Translations under genes and position numbers: made by a program
The notes under the pieces: generated by a model
The model's input: only the letters and a program-made list of their open reading frames with translations
Databases searched by the model: none
Told to the model about the DNA's origin: nothing
Assembly (NCBI RefSeq): GCF_006345805.1
Contig: NC_042999.1
Location: 102,424,001 to 102,488,000 of the forward strand
Reading direction: 5' to 3'
Length of the DNA stretch: 64,000 bases
Origin: Octopus sinensis
Taxonomy: Eukaryota
In this document: positions 25,283 through 39,129 of the stretch, piece by piece
How positions within the stretch are numbered: the first letter of the stretch is position 1
How the letters are laid out: every line of letters begins with the position of its first letter

Positions 25283-25433
25283 GACTGTAAGATAAGAAAC
25301 TTACTTCCCAACCACATGGTTCTAGGTTCAAGTCCACTGTGTAGCAACTTGAGCAGGTGTCTTTAACTATAGCCTTGTGCTGACCAAAACCTTGTGAATG
25401 GATTTGGTGGATGGAAACTGAAAAGAAGCCCAT

Positions 25434-25468
<35 letters not shown>

Positions 25469-25700
25469 CTCTGTTTGTGTTTGTTCTCCACCGCTGCTTG
25501 ACAACAGGTGTTGGTGTGCTTACATCTCCATAACGAAGCAGTTCAGCAAAAGAGACTGATAGAATAAGTACCAGGCTTAAACAAAAAAAAAAAAAACGTA
25601 CTGGAGTCAATCCATTCAACTAAAAATCTTTGAAGGCAGTGCCCCAGAATGACCACAGTCTAATGACTGAAACAAGTAAAAGATAGAAGATAAAAGATAA
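25283..25700 (+). mobile_element. Family A SINE
   Basis: Homologous to 40329-40733. Confidence 0.85.
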
Positions 25701-26714
25701 TGACTGGAATACAGAGAAAGAGATGAAAGAGAGAGAGAGAGGGGGGAGAGGAAGAGAAGAGAAGAGGAGGAAATGGATGGTAGAAGAGGGAGTAAAAGAC
25801 AGAGAGGAAAGTCAGGGCCAAGAGTCACAGAGAGAAAAATGCATGTTAATAGGTGTTGCAAACTCAGCCTAAGAAAACATATCCCCGAAAGGATTAGGTA
25901 AGCTATTTTAAAATAAAGATGTAAAAATAGAAAGGACTAAAATGTGTAGATAGTGGTGGAGGTGGAGACTGATAATTCTAAGAGGCTAAATAACAATATG
26001 TGCAATGCTGCATAATACAAATAAGACATAAATACACACACACAAGGCAGCAGGGTATACGCCCACATGTATATTTAAAAAACAGAGAAAGAACCAGCAT
26101 TGCATGAGCCAATGAAGGAGCTCTGGTATGGTTGCCTGTACATGTGAAAATAGCAGCTAAATCTCCTTTATATCACATTCTATCATCTTAAATAAAAAAA
26201 AATTAATGGTATAGTGGCTTGAACTTGTGGAACTAGCAGCTAAATCTCCTTCATGTCACATTCTATCATCTTAAATAAATAACAATGGGATACATTGGAT
26301 AACATACCAGCAAAAATTGTATGACTTTGATGTCAAGAATTTAGAAATTTTGGGAATATAAAATAATTCTTTTTAGGAACAGTGAATCTTGAAGCAAGTA
26401 AAGTCATAAATAATGATGTGTAAATATCAGGTTAAAACCCCCTTTATATATATATATATGTATGTATGTGTGTGTGTGTGTATGTATGTATGTATTTTAG
26501 GTGCTTGCATAGCTGTGTGGTCTAATAGAGCATGGCTACAGTATCAGGGCTAAACAAATAAATGATTAACTTTGTTTCTTTTATGAATATTTCTCTGTAG
26601 TCTACTAGTTACTACAGGGCCAGCAAGCAATAGTCTAGGCTATAGGTTGGCTGGATCTGTAAATACTTGGTGTTATTTACTTCACTTGTTTGACCAGAAA
26701 ATAACATAAAATAT

Positions 26715-27032
26715 CCTCCTCCTCATCTTCCTCCTCCTCCTCCGCCCCTCCTCCCCCTCCTCTTCATCGTCGTCGTCGTCGTCCTCCTCGTCGTCCTCCT
26801 CCTCCTTGCCGTCGTCCTCCTCCTCATTCTCCTCCTTGTACTCCTCCTCATTCTCCTCCTTGTTCTCCTCCTCATTCTTCTCCTTGTTCTCCTCCTCATT
26901 CTTCTCCTCGTTCTCCTCCTCATCCTCCTCCACATCCTCCTCATCCTTCTCGTCTTCTTCCTCATCCTTCTCATCGTCCTCCTCCTCTCCTCACCTCCTT
27001 CTCGTCATCGTCCTCCTTCTCCTTCTCATCAT
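26715..27032. repeat. (TCC)/(TCG)/(TTC)n complex repeat
   Basis: Direct reading; source of the poly-E/D/R/S ORFs. Confidence 0.95.
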
Positions 27033-27634
27033 GCTCCAAGAAATTCATGTATTATGTAGTCTCAGTCCATTTGTTGGAATTATTTTGGTTGTTCTAAACT
27101 GTATTGCTGACATAAATGCTTTTAAGTGTATCTTGTGAGAAACCATTTCCCTAGCAACTGTAATCTCTTCATACCAAGAAATCCTTGAAACTGTTTCTCT
27201 GCTAGTTAGTTTTCTTCAATTCTTTCTCAAGTATTTTTGGCATCCCTGCTGCCACTTGTCTAATCTACAGAAAATCTCTGATGCTTTTTGCCATTATTTT
27301 TGTATATTACTATACCGACCAGACTACTGATGCGCTTCCTCACACTGTTGTAGCTTTCAAATGATGCTACCCCACTGGCTAGGTGAACTGGCCAACATTT
27401 CTCCTAAACAGAAAGCCAGTCCATCACAGAGTTAACCATTTACTCCTGAGTGGATTTGGAGCAATGTGAAATGAAATGCTTTGCTCAAGAACACAATGAT
27501 ACACCACCTGTCTTGGAATTGAAATCATGGTCTTGTGATTGTGAGTGCAATGCTTTCACCACTAGGTCGTGTGCTTTCACATTTGCATATAAATAGAGTA
27601 AAAGGCAAAATTTATAATTTGGGTCTATATGCTG

Positions 27635-28025
27635 TCTGGCTTCCATGCCGGTGGCATGTAAAAAGCACCCTTTGAGCGTGATCGTTACCAGCGTTGCCAT
27701 ACTGGCACTTGTGCTGGTGGCACATGAACAAAACATTTGAGCAAGGTCGTTGCCAGTGCCACTGTACTGACTCCTGTGCAGGTGGCACGTAAAATAAACC
27801 ATTTGAGCGTGGCCATTGCCAGTACTGCAAGACTGGCCCTCATGCCGGTGGCACGTAAAAGCACCCACTACACTCTCGGAGTGGTTGGTGTTAGGAAGGG
27901 CATCCAGCTGTAGAAACTCTGCCAGATCAGATTGGAGCCTGGTGCAGCCATCTTCTTCGCTAGTCCTCAGTCAAATTGTCCAATCCATGCTAGCATGAAA
28001 AGGGGACGCTAAATGATGATGATGG
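27635..28025 (+). mobile_element. RTE 3' UTR fragment or RTE-tail SINE
   Basis: Four gtggcac-taaaa modules followed by the conserved RTE tail and (GAT)n. Confidence 0.85.
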
Positions 28026-29629
28026 AACCACACTATCCAATTTGTTTGCAGTCTTTTTATTTTTTAAGACAGATAGAAGTAATTTGAAAGAGAATTGCTG
28101 ACTATTTCCTGCAAAGTAGACCAAACCCCCATGTAGATATTCTCTTTGTGTGTTCAATTTTGCTAAGTTGATAACTAAGGTTTAATGGCAAAATTGATAC
28201 CCTGCATTGCATAGCATGTTGGAGAAGGAAAACTGCTGGTTTTCAATCCTGTGAAGTAGTTGGCATTAGGAGGGGCATCCAGCTGTAGAAACTCTGCCAA
28301 ATCAGATTGGAGTCTGGTGCAGCCATCTGGTTCACCAGACCTCAGTCAAATCATCCAACCCATGCTAGCATAGAAAGCAGACATTAAATGATGATGATGT
28401 TGCTTGAGAAAAGAAAGGCATTGTCATCACTTTTGTCATTGTAATAATTGTCATCTTTATCATCATCATTGTTATCATCATTATTGTCATCGTCATTGTC
28501 ATTCTTATTGTCATCATTTTCCATGCTTGCTTGCATGGGTCAGAATATGTTGAGACAGATTTTCTATGGCTGGATGCCTTTCCTGTCACAGACCTTCACC
28601 TGTTTGTAAGTAAGGTAATATTCCCCCCCGCCTCCCTAGCTAGACACATTGTCATGGAAGTTTGGAAATGAAGGAGACTACTTGTTTTAGGGTGATACTC
28701 ATTTACAATAATCATGCAATATCAAGAAAAGGAAACAACAGCTCACACATACACACACACACATATCATCATCATCACCACCACTAACACCATCATCATC
28801 CTCATTTAACACCTGTTTTCCATGCTGGCATGGGTTGGATGGTTTTTATAAGGACAGACAAGCCAGAGATCTCTGTCAGGCTCTATGTCTACGTTGACAT
28901 AATTTCTACAGCTGGATACATTTCCTAACACCAACCATTTAACAAAGTGTACTTGGTGCTCTTTATGTGGCACCAGCACTGGTGAGGTTGCCAAGAACTT
29001 GTAAGATAAGATCCCCCTCAGTATATACAATGGGTTTCTTTCATTTACCAGGCCCACTCAAATGACTTTGGTTGTCTCTGTATTATAGAAGAAGACACTT
29101 ACCCAAGATGTCACACAGTGGAACTGAACTCAGAATGAAGTGGCTGGGAGTCAAACTTCTCAACCACACAGCCACACCTGTTCCTATAGGTATGTCTGGT
29201 AAAAGAAATCACGACAGACAATATCGATAGAAACTTGAAATATGTAATTATGTATGTTGGTGAAACACAATAGCAAAGAGAAAGAAGATACAATCCAATT
29301 GATCTGTTGTCAGTGGCTTGTAATATTCATGGAAAGAAGGATAGTGGTCAACACATGCAAAATTGTGCAGCAGCAAAGTTGAAACTAGTATGGCATGATT
29401 GATTACATGTAAGCATTTTATTGATCTCATCATTGAACTTAGAAATGTGTGGCATCAAAGCTGATACCATAATTACTCTAGCACACCATCCTGCTGTTTG
29501 TATCACCTCATTTCCCTTGAGGAGATAAATATAAGGGACAACAACAACAGCAACGACAGAAGTAGTAGCAGTAGCAGTAACAGCAATAATGAAAGAAACA
29601 AATTATTACAATATCAAGCCAATGATTGA

Positions 29630-29802
29630 AGCTCTACATGGTCACTTGACCTGCTAGAAATGACAGCCTAAACTAATTCAGACTATAGTTTGGGGTGCAT
29701 TATATCTACAGAAAAATAAACAAAATATAGGGATTATTATGGTTGTAATGCCTTTGATTATAAGTCTGCTACCTGGTTTAGACTATCTCAGGGTTAAACA
29801 AC
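29630..29802 (+). mobile_element. Interspersed repeat family E
   Basis: cttgacctgctagaaa(t)agcagcc...gcctttgat...gggctaaacaac motif, also seen at about 10310, 21310, 22290, 26140 and inverted at about 19770, 41870. Confidence 0.6.
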
Positions 29803-30589
29803 ATGGAAAAATTATCACAGTTTATGCAATCATGAAAGACAAATAAAATTCATACACTTGGTATCAAAAAATAATGTTGCATTTCATGTAATAAGTTCAA
29901 ATCAGAATAAAACATATTGTAAATATATTTATTCATTCGAAATATAATTGCCATTGTTTGCAGCTACATTTCCCTACTTTGAAGCAGTTGAAGAGTGTCC
30001 TCTTATAATTCCAATCCAGAAACACTTAGAATAAAACATATTTACTGGTGTGACTGTATTGTTAAGAAGCTTGCTCACCAACCATGTGATTTTCAATTCA
30101 GTCTCACTGTGTGAGCACCTTGAATATGTATCTTCTAGTATAGCCCAGGGTCAACCAAGGCCTGTCCCTGTAACTTAGCGGTTCAGCAAAAGAGACTGAT
30201 AGAATAAGTACTAGGCTTTAAAAAGAAGTCCTGGGGTCAATTTCTTCGACTTTAAAGCCCTTTAAAGTGGTGCTCCAGCATGGCTGCAGTCAAATGACTG
30301 AAACAAGTAAAAGAATAAAAGAATAATAGAATATTTCTATGACAGACATCTCTCACTTTCTGTCTAGCAAATCCATTCACAGGGCTTTGGGTGGTCCAGG
30401 TGCAATACACTGGAACCGAACCTGGAATCATGTGATAGGAAAACTAATTTCTTACTACACACCCATAATATATGTATATGTAGGTGTGTGTATGTGTATG
30501 CATTATAATACATACACACACACACACACATACACATATATATATGTACATATCTAAGTATATGCATTTTGTGTGTGTTTGTTTGTATG

Positions 30590-30594
30590 TATAG

Positions 30595-30682
<88 letters not shown>
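30590..30682. repeat. (GATA)n(GA)n microsatellite
   Basis: Direct reading. Confidence 0.97.
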
Positions 30683-30685
<3 letters not shown>

Positions 30686-31225
30686 AAGATATATGTGTGT
30701 GTGCATGTGAATCAAATTTCATAGGAAACTGAAAACTCCTGAAATGATTAGTCTAAGGTTCAAGTTTCCAAGGTAGGAAACCATTAAAATAAATATAGAC
30801 ATGTGACCAAAAAAAGAAAAAAAAAAGGAGCAATAGACAGAGAAGAAGAGGTAGAAAGTAGCAAAGAGGTGGGAGATGTGACATTAGTGAAGAAGAAAAG
30901 GAAAGAGAGGGAGGAGATGGAGGAAGAGAAGAAGAAGAGGAATGCTGAGGATGCAATGGTCATAGAGTAAAATAAAGTAGAACAAATATATAGAAAGGAT
31001 TTTGAAATAAAACCCCAGTAATTGTGAAAAACAATAATAATAGAAAACAACATAGATCTTGTCTGAAGTAAAAATGCCTTTAAAATACAATCAAATTGAT
31101 ATGCTGTACATACACATATGCCTGTATATGCTCACATACATGTAGATATACACATAAAAAATAAGTACATAAAATTTGCATATACATAAATTCATACATG
31201 GCATACATGCATAGAAAATATTGTG

Positions 31226-31640
31226 CAGCATGGCTGTATGATAAGAAGCTTGCTTCCCAACCACATGGTTCTGGGTTCAATCCCAATGTGTGGCACCTTG
31301 GGCCTGTGTCTTCTACTATAGCCTGGGGCAAACCAAAGCCTTGTGAGTGGATTTGGTAGACAGAAACTGAAATAAGCCCGTCGTATATATGTATATATTT
31401 ATACATATGTGTGTGCGTGTGTGTGTGTGCGCATGTGTGTGTGTATTTGTGTGTGTGTCTGTGTTTGTCCCCCAGCCATCATTTGACAACCGATGTTAGT
31501 GTGTTTATGTCCCTGTAACTTAGTGGTTCAGCAAAAGAGGCTGATAGAATAAGTACCAGGCTTACAAAGAATAAGTCCTGGGCTTGATTTGTTCAACCAA
31601 AGGTGGTGCTCCAGCATGGCTGCAGTCAAATGACTGAAAT
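31226..31640 (+). mobile_element. Family A SINE
   Basis: Homologous to 40329-40733. Confidence 0.88.
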
Positions 31641-31649
31641 AAGTAAAAG

Positions 31650-32637
31650 AATAAAAGAATACATCCTTGATCCTGGTAATCACTTTGACTTTGGTGTTGT
31701 AGGTAGAGCAGCTGGTACCTTTCTCAACAGAGTCTCACACAATAATCTACGGGATTACTGTTGGGAAAATTTAAAAGCTAGAAATTGGGGCTGTTGAAGT
31801 TGTAGAAATTCTCTGACAACCACTTCTGACTCTTTCCTGAGGTATGGCAAAATGTGAAATCCTGCTGCCACTCATATGGCTTTCCAGTAGCAACCCTCTC
31901 AAGCCAGGGATTGACCATAGTCTCTAGCAGCTTCACATAGCTATCTGAATTGAGTTTAAGGCCCTGTGAAAAGATGTTGAGCAACATATCATTCTTACTG
32001 GAGACACACCCAGACACCATGCATCTCGTGGGTATCACATGGATTCACATGGATTCTAGAAAAGCCATCTACCTGTTGTGCAACTAACAGAAGCTGTTTA
32101 TATCTGAGAAAAACTAGATCATTCCCAGCTCAACAGGATGCCTCAGCTTGTTCAGGAGCTTGTTTGCCTTTGTCAGGCAGTTCTCCTTTGCCTTGGCTGT
32201 CACTTGCATCTCTCATATGAATAGTAGCGAAGGTCTTCATTCAGGGCCAGCTTCATGGTGGTGCCTCCCATTTCTCTTGCCAAAACCTGGAATCCCTTGC
32301 ATTGATCTGCTGTCACCTTATCCTGCAGTTGGACAAATTTTGGCATCTAGATGCAGTCTGAACACTTGCTGTGTCCCCTTTCTACTGGCCACAGCTTCAC
32401 AGTCTATATTGCATATGTGCATGTCATATCTTACAGCCTTTACAGTATTCACAAAGCATTGAGTAGCAGTCATGCTGTTGGTACAATATTCAGATTGCTT
32501 CCAGTCCTCCATGTTAGCTGACTTTTTCTCAACAACTTTGATCTTTATGCTCTCCAACACCATTGACTTCACCAAAATCCAAGCTGTTCCTGAAAAATGG
32601 AGACGATAAAATTGTCAAATTTAGACCAGACACCCTG
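31650..32637 (-). mobile_element. Decayed DD37D (maT-like) Tc1/mariner element
   Basis: TA-CAGGGTG terminus at 32637; remnants YVKLLE..V.PWLERVA.G.PY.WQQD...HTS.KSQKWLSENF and NP.DY.VW. Confidence 0.8.
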
Positions 32638-32884
32638 TATATAGTAGAAATAGAAATTTAAAAAATCCTTGACACAATAGTGTGTATTTTAAAAAATGAA
32701 CAAGAATGACTTTTCTGATGATTATTTTCCATTTAATGATTAGATGTTTCTGCTTACCTTCTTATGTTTAGAGAGATTTTTTTATATATAAAAAAGTCTC
32801 TGGTTTGGGACTGAGATTTTTGCTTAAATTCAATTTTCAAACTGTTCTGTTTTTTTTTTGGTATCAGAGTTCCATAATATTCAG

Positions 32885-32980
32885 TATATATTAAATTTTA
32901 TATCATATAATTATATATTGTATATATTAAATTATATATCATATAATTATATATTATATATATTAAATTATATATCATAG
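32885..32980. repeat. 36-bp AT-rich tandem repeat (about 2.6 copies)
   Basis: tatatattaaatt(a/t)tatatcatataattatatatt(g/a) repeated. Confidence 0.85.
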
Positions 32981-33614
32981 CTTTGGATTCTGTTTGGATG
33001 CTGTTGGTAGGGAGAGGGTTTACAAATTTGCACGTACATACACATTTACACATACTTACATATATATACACATATACTTAGATACATTTACACATGTACA
33101 CACATAAATACATATATGTGCACATAGGCACATCTATAAAACATATGAGTATATGCAACCTAGAAAATGTAGAGTTAGACACAGCTGAGAGTGAGAGAGA
33201 AGGCTCTGTAAACAAAATATAAAACGCTTCAAAGGGAAACTCATTTGAAATAATATCATTTTAAGGTGATCACAAAACATGAGAATTACTTGTACATGAT
33301 ATAGTAATACAAGATAAACAATTAATAGCAGACTTATGTAGGATACTGTGTAAAAAAACATGAGCTTAAATTTACAGAACCAGGAGAAAAATATATTTAA
33401 AGAAATACAAAGAAAAAGATGTTGTGGTATCTTGACATTCTAACTTCAGCTTAAAAAGGGTGGAAATTCTGATACTCTTCAGTGGGAATTCAGGTACTCT
33501 CCAGTTTGGGGATTTACACAACTTACAATAAGAACGTTTGACTTTAGTTCTTTTCAAAATCATCCAAATATGTATTGCTGCATATATTTCTCTTCTACAC
33601 TTTCAAAATATTCA

Positions 33615-33927
33615 TAGGCATAGAAGTGGCTGTGTGGTAAGTAGCTTGTTTACCAACCACATGGTTTCAGGTTCAGTCCCCTGCGTGGCACTTTGGGCAA
33701 GTGTCTTCTACTACAGCCTTGGGTCAACCAAAGCCTTGTGAGTGGATTTGGTAGATGGAAAATGAAAGAAGCCCGTCGTAAATATGTATATATATATATA
33801 TGTGTGTGTGTGTGTATATGTGTGCCTGTGTTTGTCCCCCCAACATCGCTTGACAATCGATGGTGGTGTGTTTACATCACCGTAACTTAGTGGTTTGGCA
33901 AACGAGACCGATAGAATAAGTACTAGT
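33615..33927 (+). mobile_element. Family A SINE (3'-truncated)
   Basis: Homologous to 40329-40733. Confidence 0.88.
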
Positions 33928-34309
33928 TTATTCAGATTCAGTTTTTCTTAGGCAAGTGTCTCCTGTTATAGCTCTGAGCAGACAAAACTTTTATGAGTGG
34001 ATTTGGTGGATGGAAACTAAAAGAAGCCCATTTTATGTACATATGTGTATGTGTGTGTTTCTATCGTTTTATACTGACATCATGTGATAGTTGTGTCACA
34101 GCCACACAAGCAGAACCATTTGTTTCTAGACTTTTATGAAAACATGTATGGCCCCTGGGGAAACACTACCTTCTTGGAAACAGATGAGAATTAGTGACAA
34201 GAAGGGTATCTGGCCATATAACTTCTGTTTGACCCATGCAAGCATAGAAAAGGGGACATTAAAATGATGAAGATGGTGATGACCACCACTCCATGGAGGC
34301 CAATCATAT

Positions 34310-34460
34310 TTATGTGGACCAATTGGAATGCTTTCAGCTTTGTCACGAGATTTGAAGAACTCATCTGGTTCATTAATTTGTATGGGAAGTGAAAATACTG
34401 TTGAATAATTCATTCAATACTTCACTAACATTTTAAGCATCTGCTCTTGATGTAAACAAT
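34310..34460 (-). mobile_element. Possible CR1/L2-type LINE ORF2 fragment
   Basis: SEVLNE..(F)STVFSLP.QINEPDEFF resembles the EN-RT linker of CR1-group LINEs; short and frameshifted. Confidence 0.3.
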
Positions 34461-35224
34461 GCCCAACATTCATAATGAATGAAAGCTGTTACTTTTGATA
34501 ACTTAGAGAAAACTCAAGGAGTGCTTTTGTGATTTTTAAAAACCCAATTTTCCTTTAGTGCACTTTCATAATTCATGAAGCATTTTATTTCATTTACACT
34601 TTCTGTAAGTGACATTCATAAATGCAGTTTTCATTATAAATTCACTCTTCATATCAGGGGAATAGCTTTCTTTGTAAATTTCTACTTATCCATTTTGAGA
34701 TTTATAATGCTATAGCAGACAGTGATCCCACACACAATATGTAATATATGCAATATTATTAAGAAATAACTGGAAAGGATGTAAAGGTATTTGTGTATAT
34801 CTGTCCACCTGTCTGTCTGTCTGTCTGCCTGTTTGTCTATTATTGGTTTGTCTCTCTCTATCTGTAAATGTGTTCTACACTATTTTGTGTGTGTTAAAGC
34901 ATCTTGTTTACTCGAAACGAAGTTGGAAAGCTGCTGTGATGATGATGTCTATTGAAGTAGATACAAATGCTTACAGCTGTTGTCTTGTCTTCTAACAATT
35001 AGACTGTTTTTATTTCCTTGATAATCTTCTTCAGATTATCTCCACGGAGTGATTATTTTATGTTCTCCAAAAGTGGAGATAATTTCAATAAATGAAGAAT
35101 TTATATTGTATCGCATATAATATAACTTTACTAACAACCTTCAGTTATTTCTCTCACCTGTTTTCATCTTTATGTATGTATGTGTGCATGTGTGTATAAT
35201 AATAATAATAATAATAATAATAAT

Positions 35225-35705
35225 TGGTATGACCACAAATCTGATGGCATCATTGAAAATAAAAATGCAAAGATCCTATGGAATTTTATGATTCAGTGCA
35301 ACCATGAGATAGAAATAGGAAGCCAGACATAGTCTTAATTGAGAAAGAAATCAAACTATGCTGGATCATAGATATAGCATGCCCAGCTGACAACAAGGTA
35401 TGCAATAAGGAAGAAAGAAAAGTCGAGAGATATGACAAGTTAACTTGGGAAGTTAAGCAAATGTGGTCAATGAAAAAGGTAGCAGTAGTACCAATAATTG
35501 TTGGAGCCCTGGGAACAGTGAGCAAAAATCTCGAGAAGTACGTGGGCTGCAATAAGAGTGGAGCACTTGTAGAAAACAGCACTGCTTGGAACCACTCGAA
35601 TACTCCGGAAGGTGCTCCAAAAATAAGTGGTGTTACCTTAGTTCACTTGTAGTGAACAGCTGACACTGAAGTACATCACCAGTATTAGAAGGTTTGCAAA
35701 GGCAA
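35225..35705 (+). mobile_element. 5'-truncated Dong/R4-clade non-LTR retrotransposon (REL endonuclease end) within (TAA)n
   Basis: WYDH...ENKNAKILW.F.IQ....RKPDIVLI.KE...CWIIDIACP.D......ERKVERY..L..EVK.MW.MKKV.VVPIIVGALG (one frameshift near 35315); (TAA)n on both sides. Confidence 0.88.
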
Positions 35706-35707
35706 TG

Positions 35708-35738
<31 letters not shown>

Positions 35739-35812
35739 TAATAATATAATAATAATTATTATTATTATTATTATTATTATTAGCATCATTATCATTATTA
35801 TCATCCTCATCA

Positions 35813-35853
<41 letters not shown>

Positions 35854-36709
35854 GTTATTATTCAAAGCAGTTTGATTCAGATTCCATGCGACTTCAAGTT
35901 TCACCTGTCATCTCAGGCTCGATAAATATCCAATTGAATGGAGATGTACAGGAAGTCCAAAATATATACATATTTATACTGTTCTTATTATCATGATCAA
36001 CATCATTGTTTTAACATCCTCTTTTTTATGATTGCATGGGTTAGACAATGTTTATTGAGGCAGATTTTTATAGTTGGTTGTCTTTCTTGTCACTAGCCCT
36101 CACCTATTTACAAGTAAGGAAATCCCCTGCCCCCTGCCTTAAAGCCAGACATGTTTTTGCAGAATATTGGAAATGAATAATACTGCTTGTATGACAGTGA
36201 TACTTACTTACAACAAACACATGTTCTCAATGCAAGTAGACACACACGCACACATACACACACACACACAGATACACACACACATATACATGTGTGTGTA
36301 TTGTAAGAAGTTTACTTCCGAACCACATGGTTCTAGGTTCAGTTTCACAGCATGGCACCTTGGGCAAGTGTCTTCTACTATAGCCCGGGGCCAACCAAAG
36401 CCTTGTGAGCTGATTTGGTAGATGGAAAGAAACCTGTTGTATATATACACAGAATCATCATCACCAAATGATGGAGATCCACCACTACCGCTCTACATAT
36501 ACATACATATATATATATATATATAATACACACACACACACACACACACATGTGTGTGTATATATATATATATATATTAACTTACTGTTAACAAAAGTCT
36601 GGACGAGTAGCATTGAATACAAAAAAATGTTCACATACAACAGACACAGAAGGACCCTAATTCTTCATCGATTATCAACCAAAATGTTAATGCTCAGTTT
36701 TATGCTTTT

Positions 36710-38914
36710 GAAGGTTACGGAGAGGGTCATAGCCCAACTAATTAGAGAGAGAGTTAGTTTAGATGAGATGCAGTTTGGGTTCGTGCCAGGGAAAAGTACC
36801 ACTGATGCTATATTCCTGGTAAGGCAGCTGCAGGAGAAATACCTAGCCAAAGATAAGTCCCTGTACCTGGCTTTCGTTGACATGGAGAAAGCTTTTGATA
36901 GGGTCCCCCGATCCCTTATCTGGTGGTCAATGAGGAAACTAGGGATAGATAAATGGCTGGTGAGGACTGTGCAAGCCATGTACAGAGATGCCGTAAGTAA
37001 GGTTAGGGTTGGCAACATGTACACAGAAGAATTCAAAGTAGAGGTTGGGGTCCACCAGGGTTCAGTACTCAGCCCCCTCCTATTTATCATAGTACTCCAG
37101 GCAATTACGGAGGAATTCAAGACAGGCTGTCCCTGGGAGCTCCTCTACGCTGACGACCTTGCTCTTATTGCTGAGTCACTATCAGAACTGGAGGAGAAGT
37201 TCCAGGTGTGGAAGGAGGGTTTAGAATCGAGGGGCCTTAGAGTCAACCTAGCTAAAACCAAAGTACTAATAAGTAGGAAGGTAGACAATCCACAAATGTC
37301 TTCAGGAAGATGGCCCTGCTCGATCTGTAGAAAAGGTGTAGGTAGAAACTCTATAAGATGTACCCAGTGTAAGCTATGAACACATAAGAGGTGCAGCAAT
37401 GTCAAAGGTAGGCTAACTGGGAAGATAGTTTTTGTATGTGGCAGATGCTCGGGAGCATTAACCTCCGAAAATCTGCAGAAAACAACTTCCGTCACTTTCC
37501 AGGGGGAAAAACTAGAAGTAGTTGATAGATTCCGTGATCTAGGTGACCAAGTCAGTAGTGGGGGTGGGTGCGCTGAAAGTGTAACTGCTAGAATAAGAAT
37601 AGCCTGGGCAAAGTTTAGGGAGCTCTTACCTCTGCTGGTGACTAAAGGCCTCTCGCTCAGAGTAAAAGGCAGACTGTATGATGCGTGTGTATGAACCGCC
37701 ATGCTACATGGCAGCGAAACATGGGCCGTGACTGCTGAGGACATGCGTAAGCTCGTGAGGAATGAAGCCAGTATGCTCCGATGGATGTGTAATGTCAGTG
37801 TACACACTCGACAGAGCGTTAGCACCTTGAGAGAAATGTTGTACCTAAGAAGCATCAGTTGTGGTGTGCAAGAGAGACGATTGCGCTGGTATGGTCATGT
37901 GGCGAGAATGGATGAAGATAGGTGTGTGAGAAAGTGCCAATCCCTAGCAGTTGAGGGAACCCGTGGAAGAGGTAGACCCAGGAAAACCTGGGACGAGGTG
38001 GTGAAGCACGACCTTCGAACTTTAGGCCTCACTGAGGAAATGACCAGCGACCGAGACCTTTGGAAATATTCTGTACGTGAGAAGACCAGGCAGGACAAGT
38101 GAGCCCAGCCCACTTATGAATGCCTTTCCTCCCTTGGACACAAAGACCTGTTGAGGCAAGCGAAGTCGATATAGAACCTCATCCGACGACAGACACCCAT
38201 GCCAACCCCCCATGCTTGCGAAGACATGTTGCGAAATCGAAACCGAATTGAACCAGCCAGGATCCCTGGCCTGGTGGTACGTAAAAAGCACTATCCGACT
38301 CGTGGCCGTGGCACGTAAAATACTCCAATGCGACCGTACGACAGGCACCCATGCCAACCCCCTTTGCTTGTGAAGACATGTTGGGGCAAGCGAAATCGAA
38401 ATCGAATTGAACCAGCCAGGATCCCTGGTCTGGTGGTACGTAAAAAGCACTATCCGACTCGTGGGCATGGCACGTAAAATACTCCAATGCGACCGTACGA
38501 CAGGCACCCATGCCAACCCCCTTTGCTTGTGAAGACATGTTGGGGCAAGCGAAATCGAAATCGAATTGAATCAGCCAGGATCCCTGGTCTGGTGGTACGT
38601 AAAAAGCACTATCCGACTCGTGGCCGATGCCAGCACTGCCTCGACTGGCTTCCGTGCCGGTGGCACATAAAATACACCAATCTGACCGTGGCCGTTGCCA
38701 GCCTCGCCTGGCACCTGTGCAGGTGGCACGTAAAAAGCACCCACTACACTCACGGAGTGGTTGGCGTTAGGAAGGGCATCCAGCTGTAGAAACATTGCCA
38801 GATTAGACTGGAGCCTGGTGCAGCCTTCTGGCTTCCCAGAACCCCGGTCGAACCGTCCAACCCATGCTAGCATGGAGAACGGACGTTAAACGATGATGAT
38901 GATGATGATGATGA
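36710..38914 (+). mobile_element. 5'-truncated RTE LINE (RT + PHD + C-terminus + 3' UTR)
   Basis: QFGFVPGKSTTDAIF, FVDMEKAFDRV, GVHQGSVLSP, LYADDL; nonsense codons at 37377-37379 and about 37692; (GAT)n tail. Confidence 0.95.
38188..38626 (+). repeat. ~159-bp tandem repeat (about 2.8 copies) within the RTE 3' UTR
   Basis: Units begin gacag(g/a)cacccatgccaacccc at 38188, 38340 and 38499. Confidence 0.92.
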
Positions 38915-38923
38915 TACATATAT

Positions 38924-39127
38924 ACAGGGTATGGTGAATATATTGTTGTCTGAGTTATACAAAAATGAAAATAACACTAACATCTCATTTTAACAGATAT
39001 AATTACCAAAATTGCATAAAAATAACTTGAAATACTAAAGAGTAAATTTATTCAATAAAATTACCATTGGCTTCAACCATGGCCTCCATACAACTTCAGA
39101 ATCTCCTGCAACTCTTCTGGACGGTCA
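38924..39127 (-). mobile_element. 3' end of a DD37D (maT-like) element
   Basis: TA-CAGGGT terminus; the minus strand encodes TVQKSCRRF*SCMEAMVEANGNFIE*. Confidence 0.75.
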
Positions 39128-39129
39128 TC

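Noticed and set aside
26682-27138. Acidic, Arg-rich and Ser-rich ORFs
   Set aside because: Products of (TCC)n repeats.
27200-27270. Minus-strand acceptor followed by a short ORF (possible terminal exon)
   Set aside because: No homology or upstream exons visible; expected by chance in AT-rich DNA.
37145-37855. 236-aa antisense ORF and similar antisense ORFs over RTE and mariner
   Set aside because: Shadow ORFs of coding transposon sequence.
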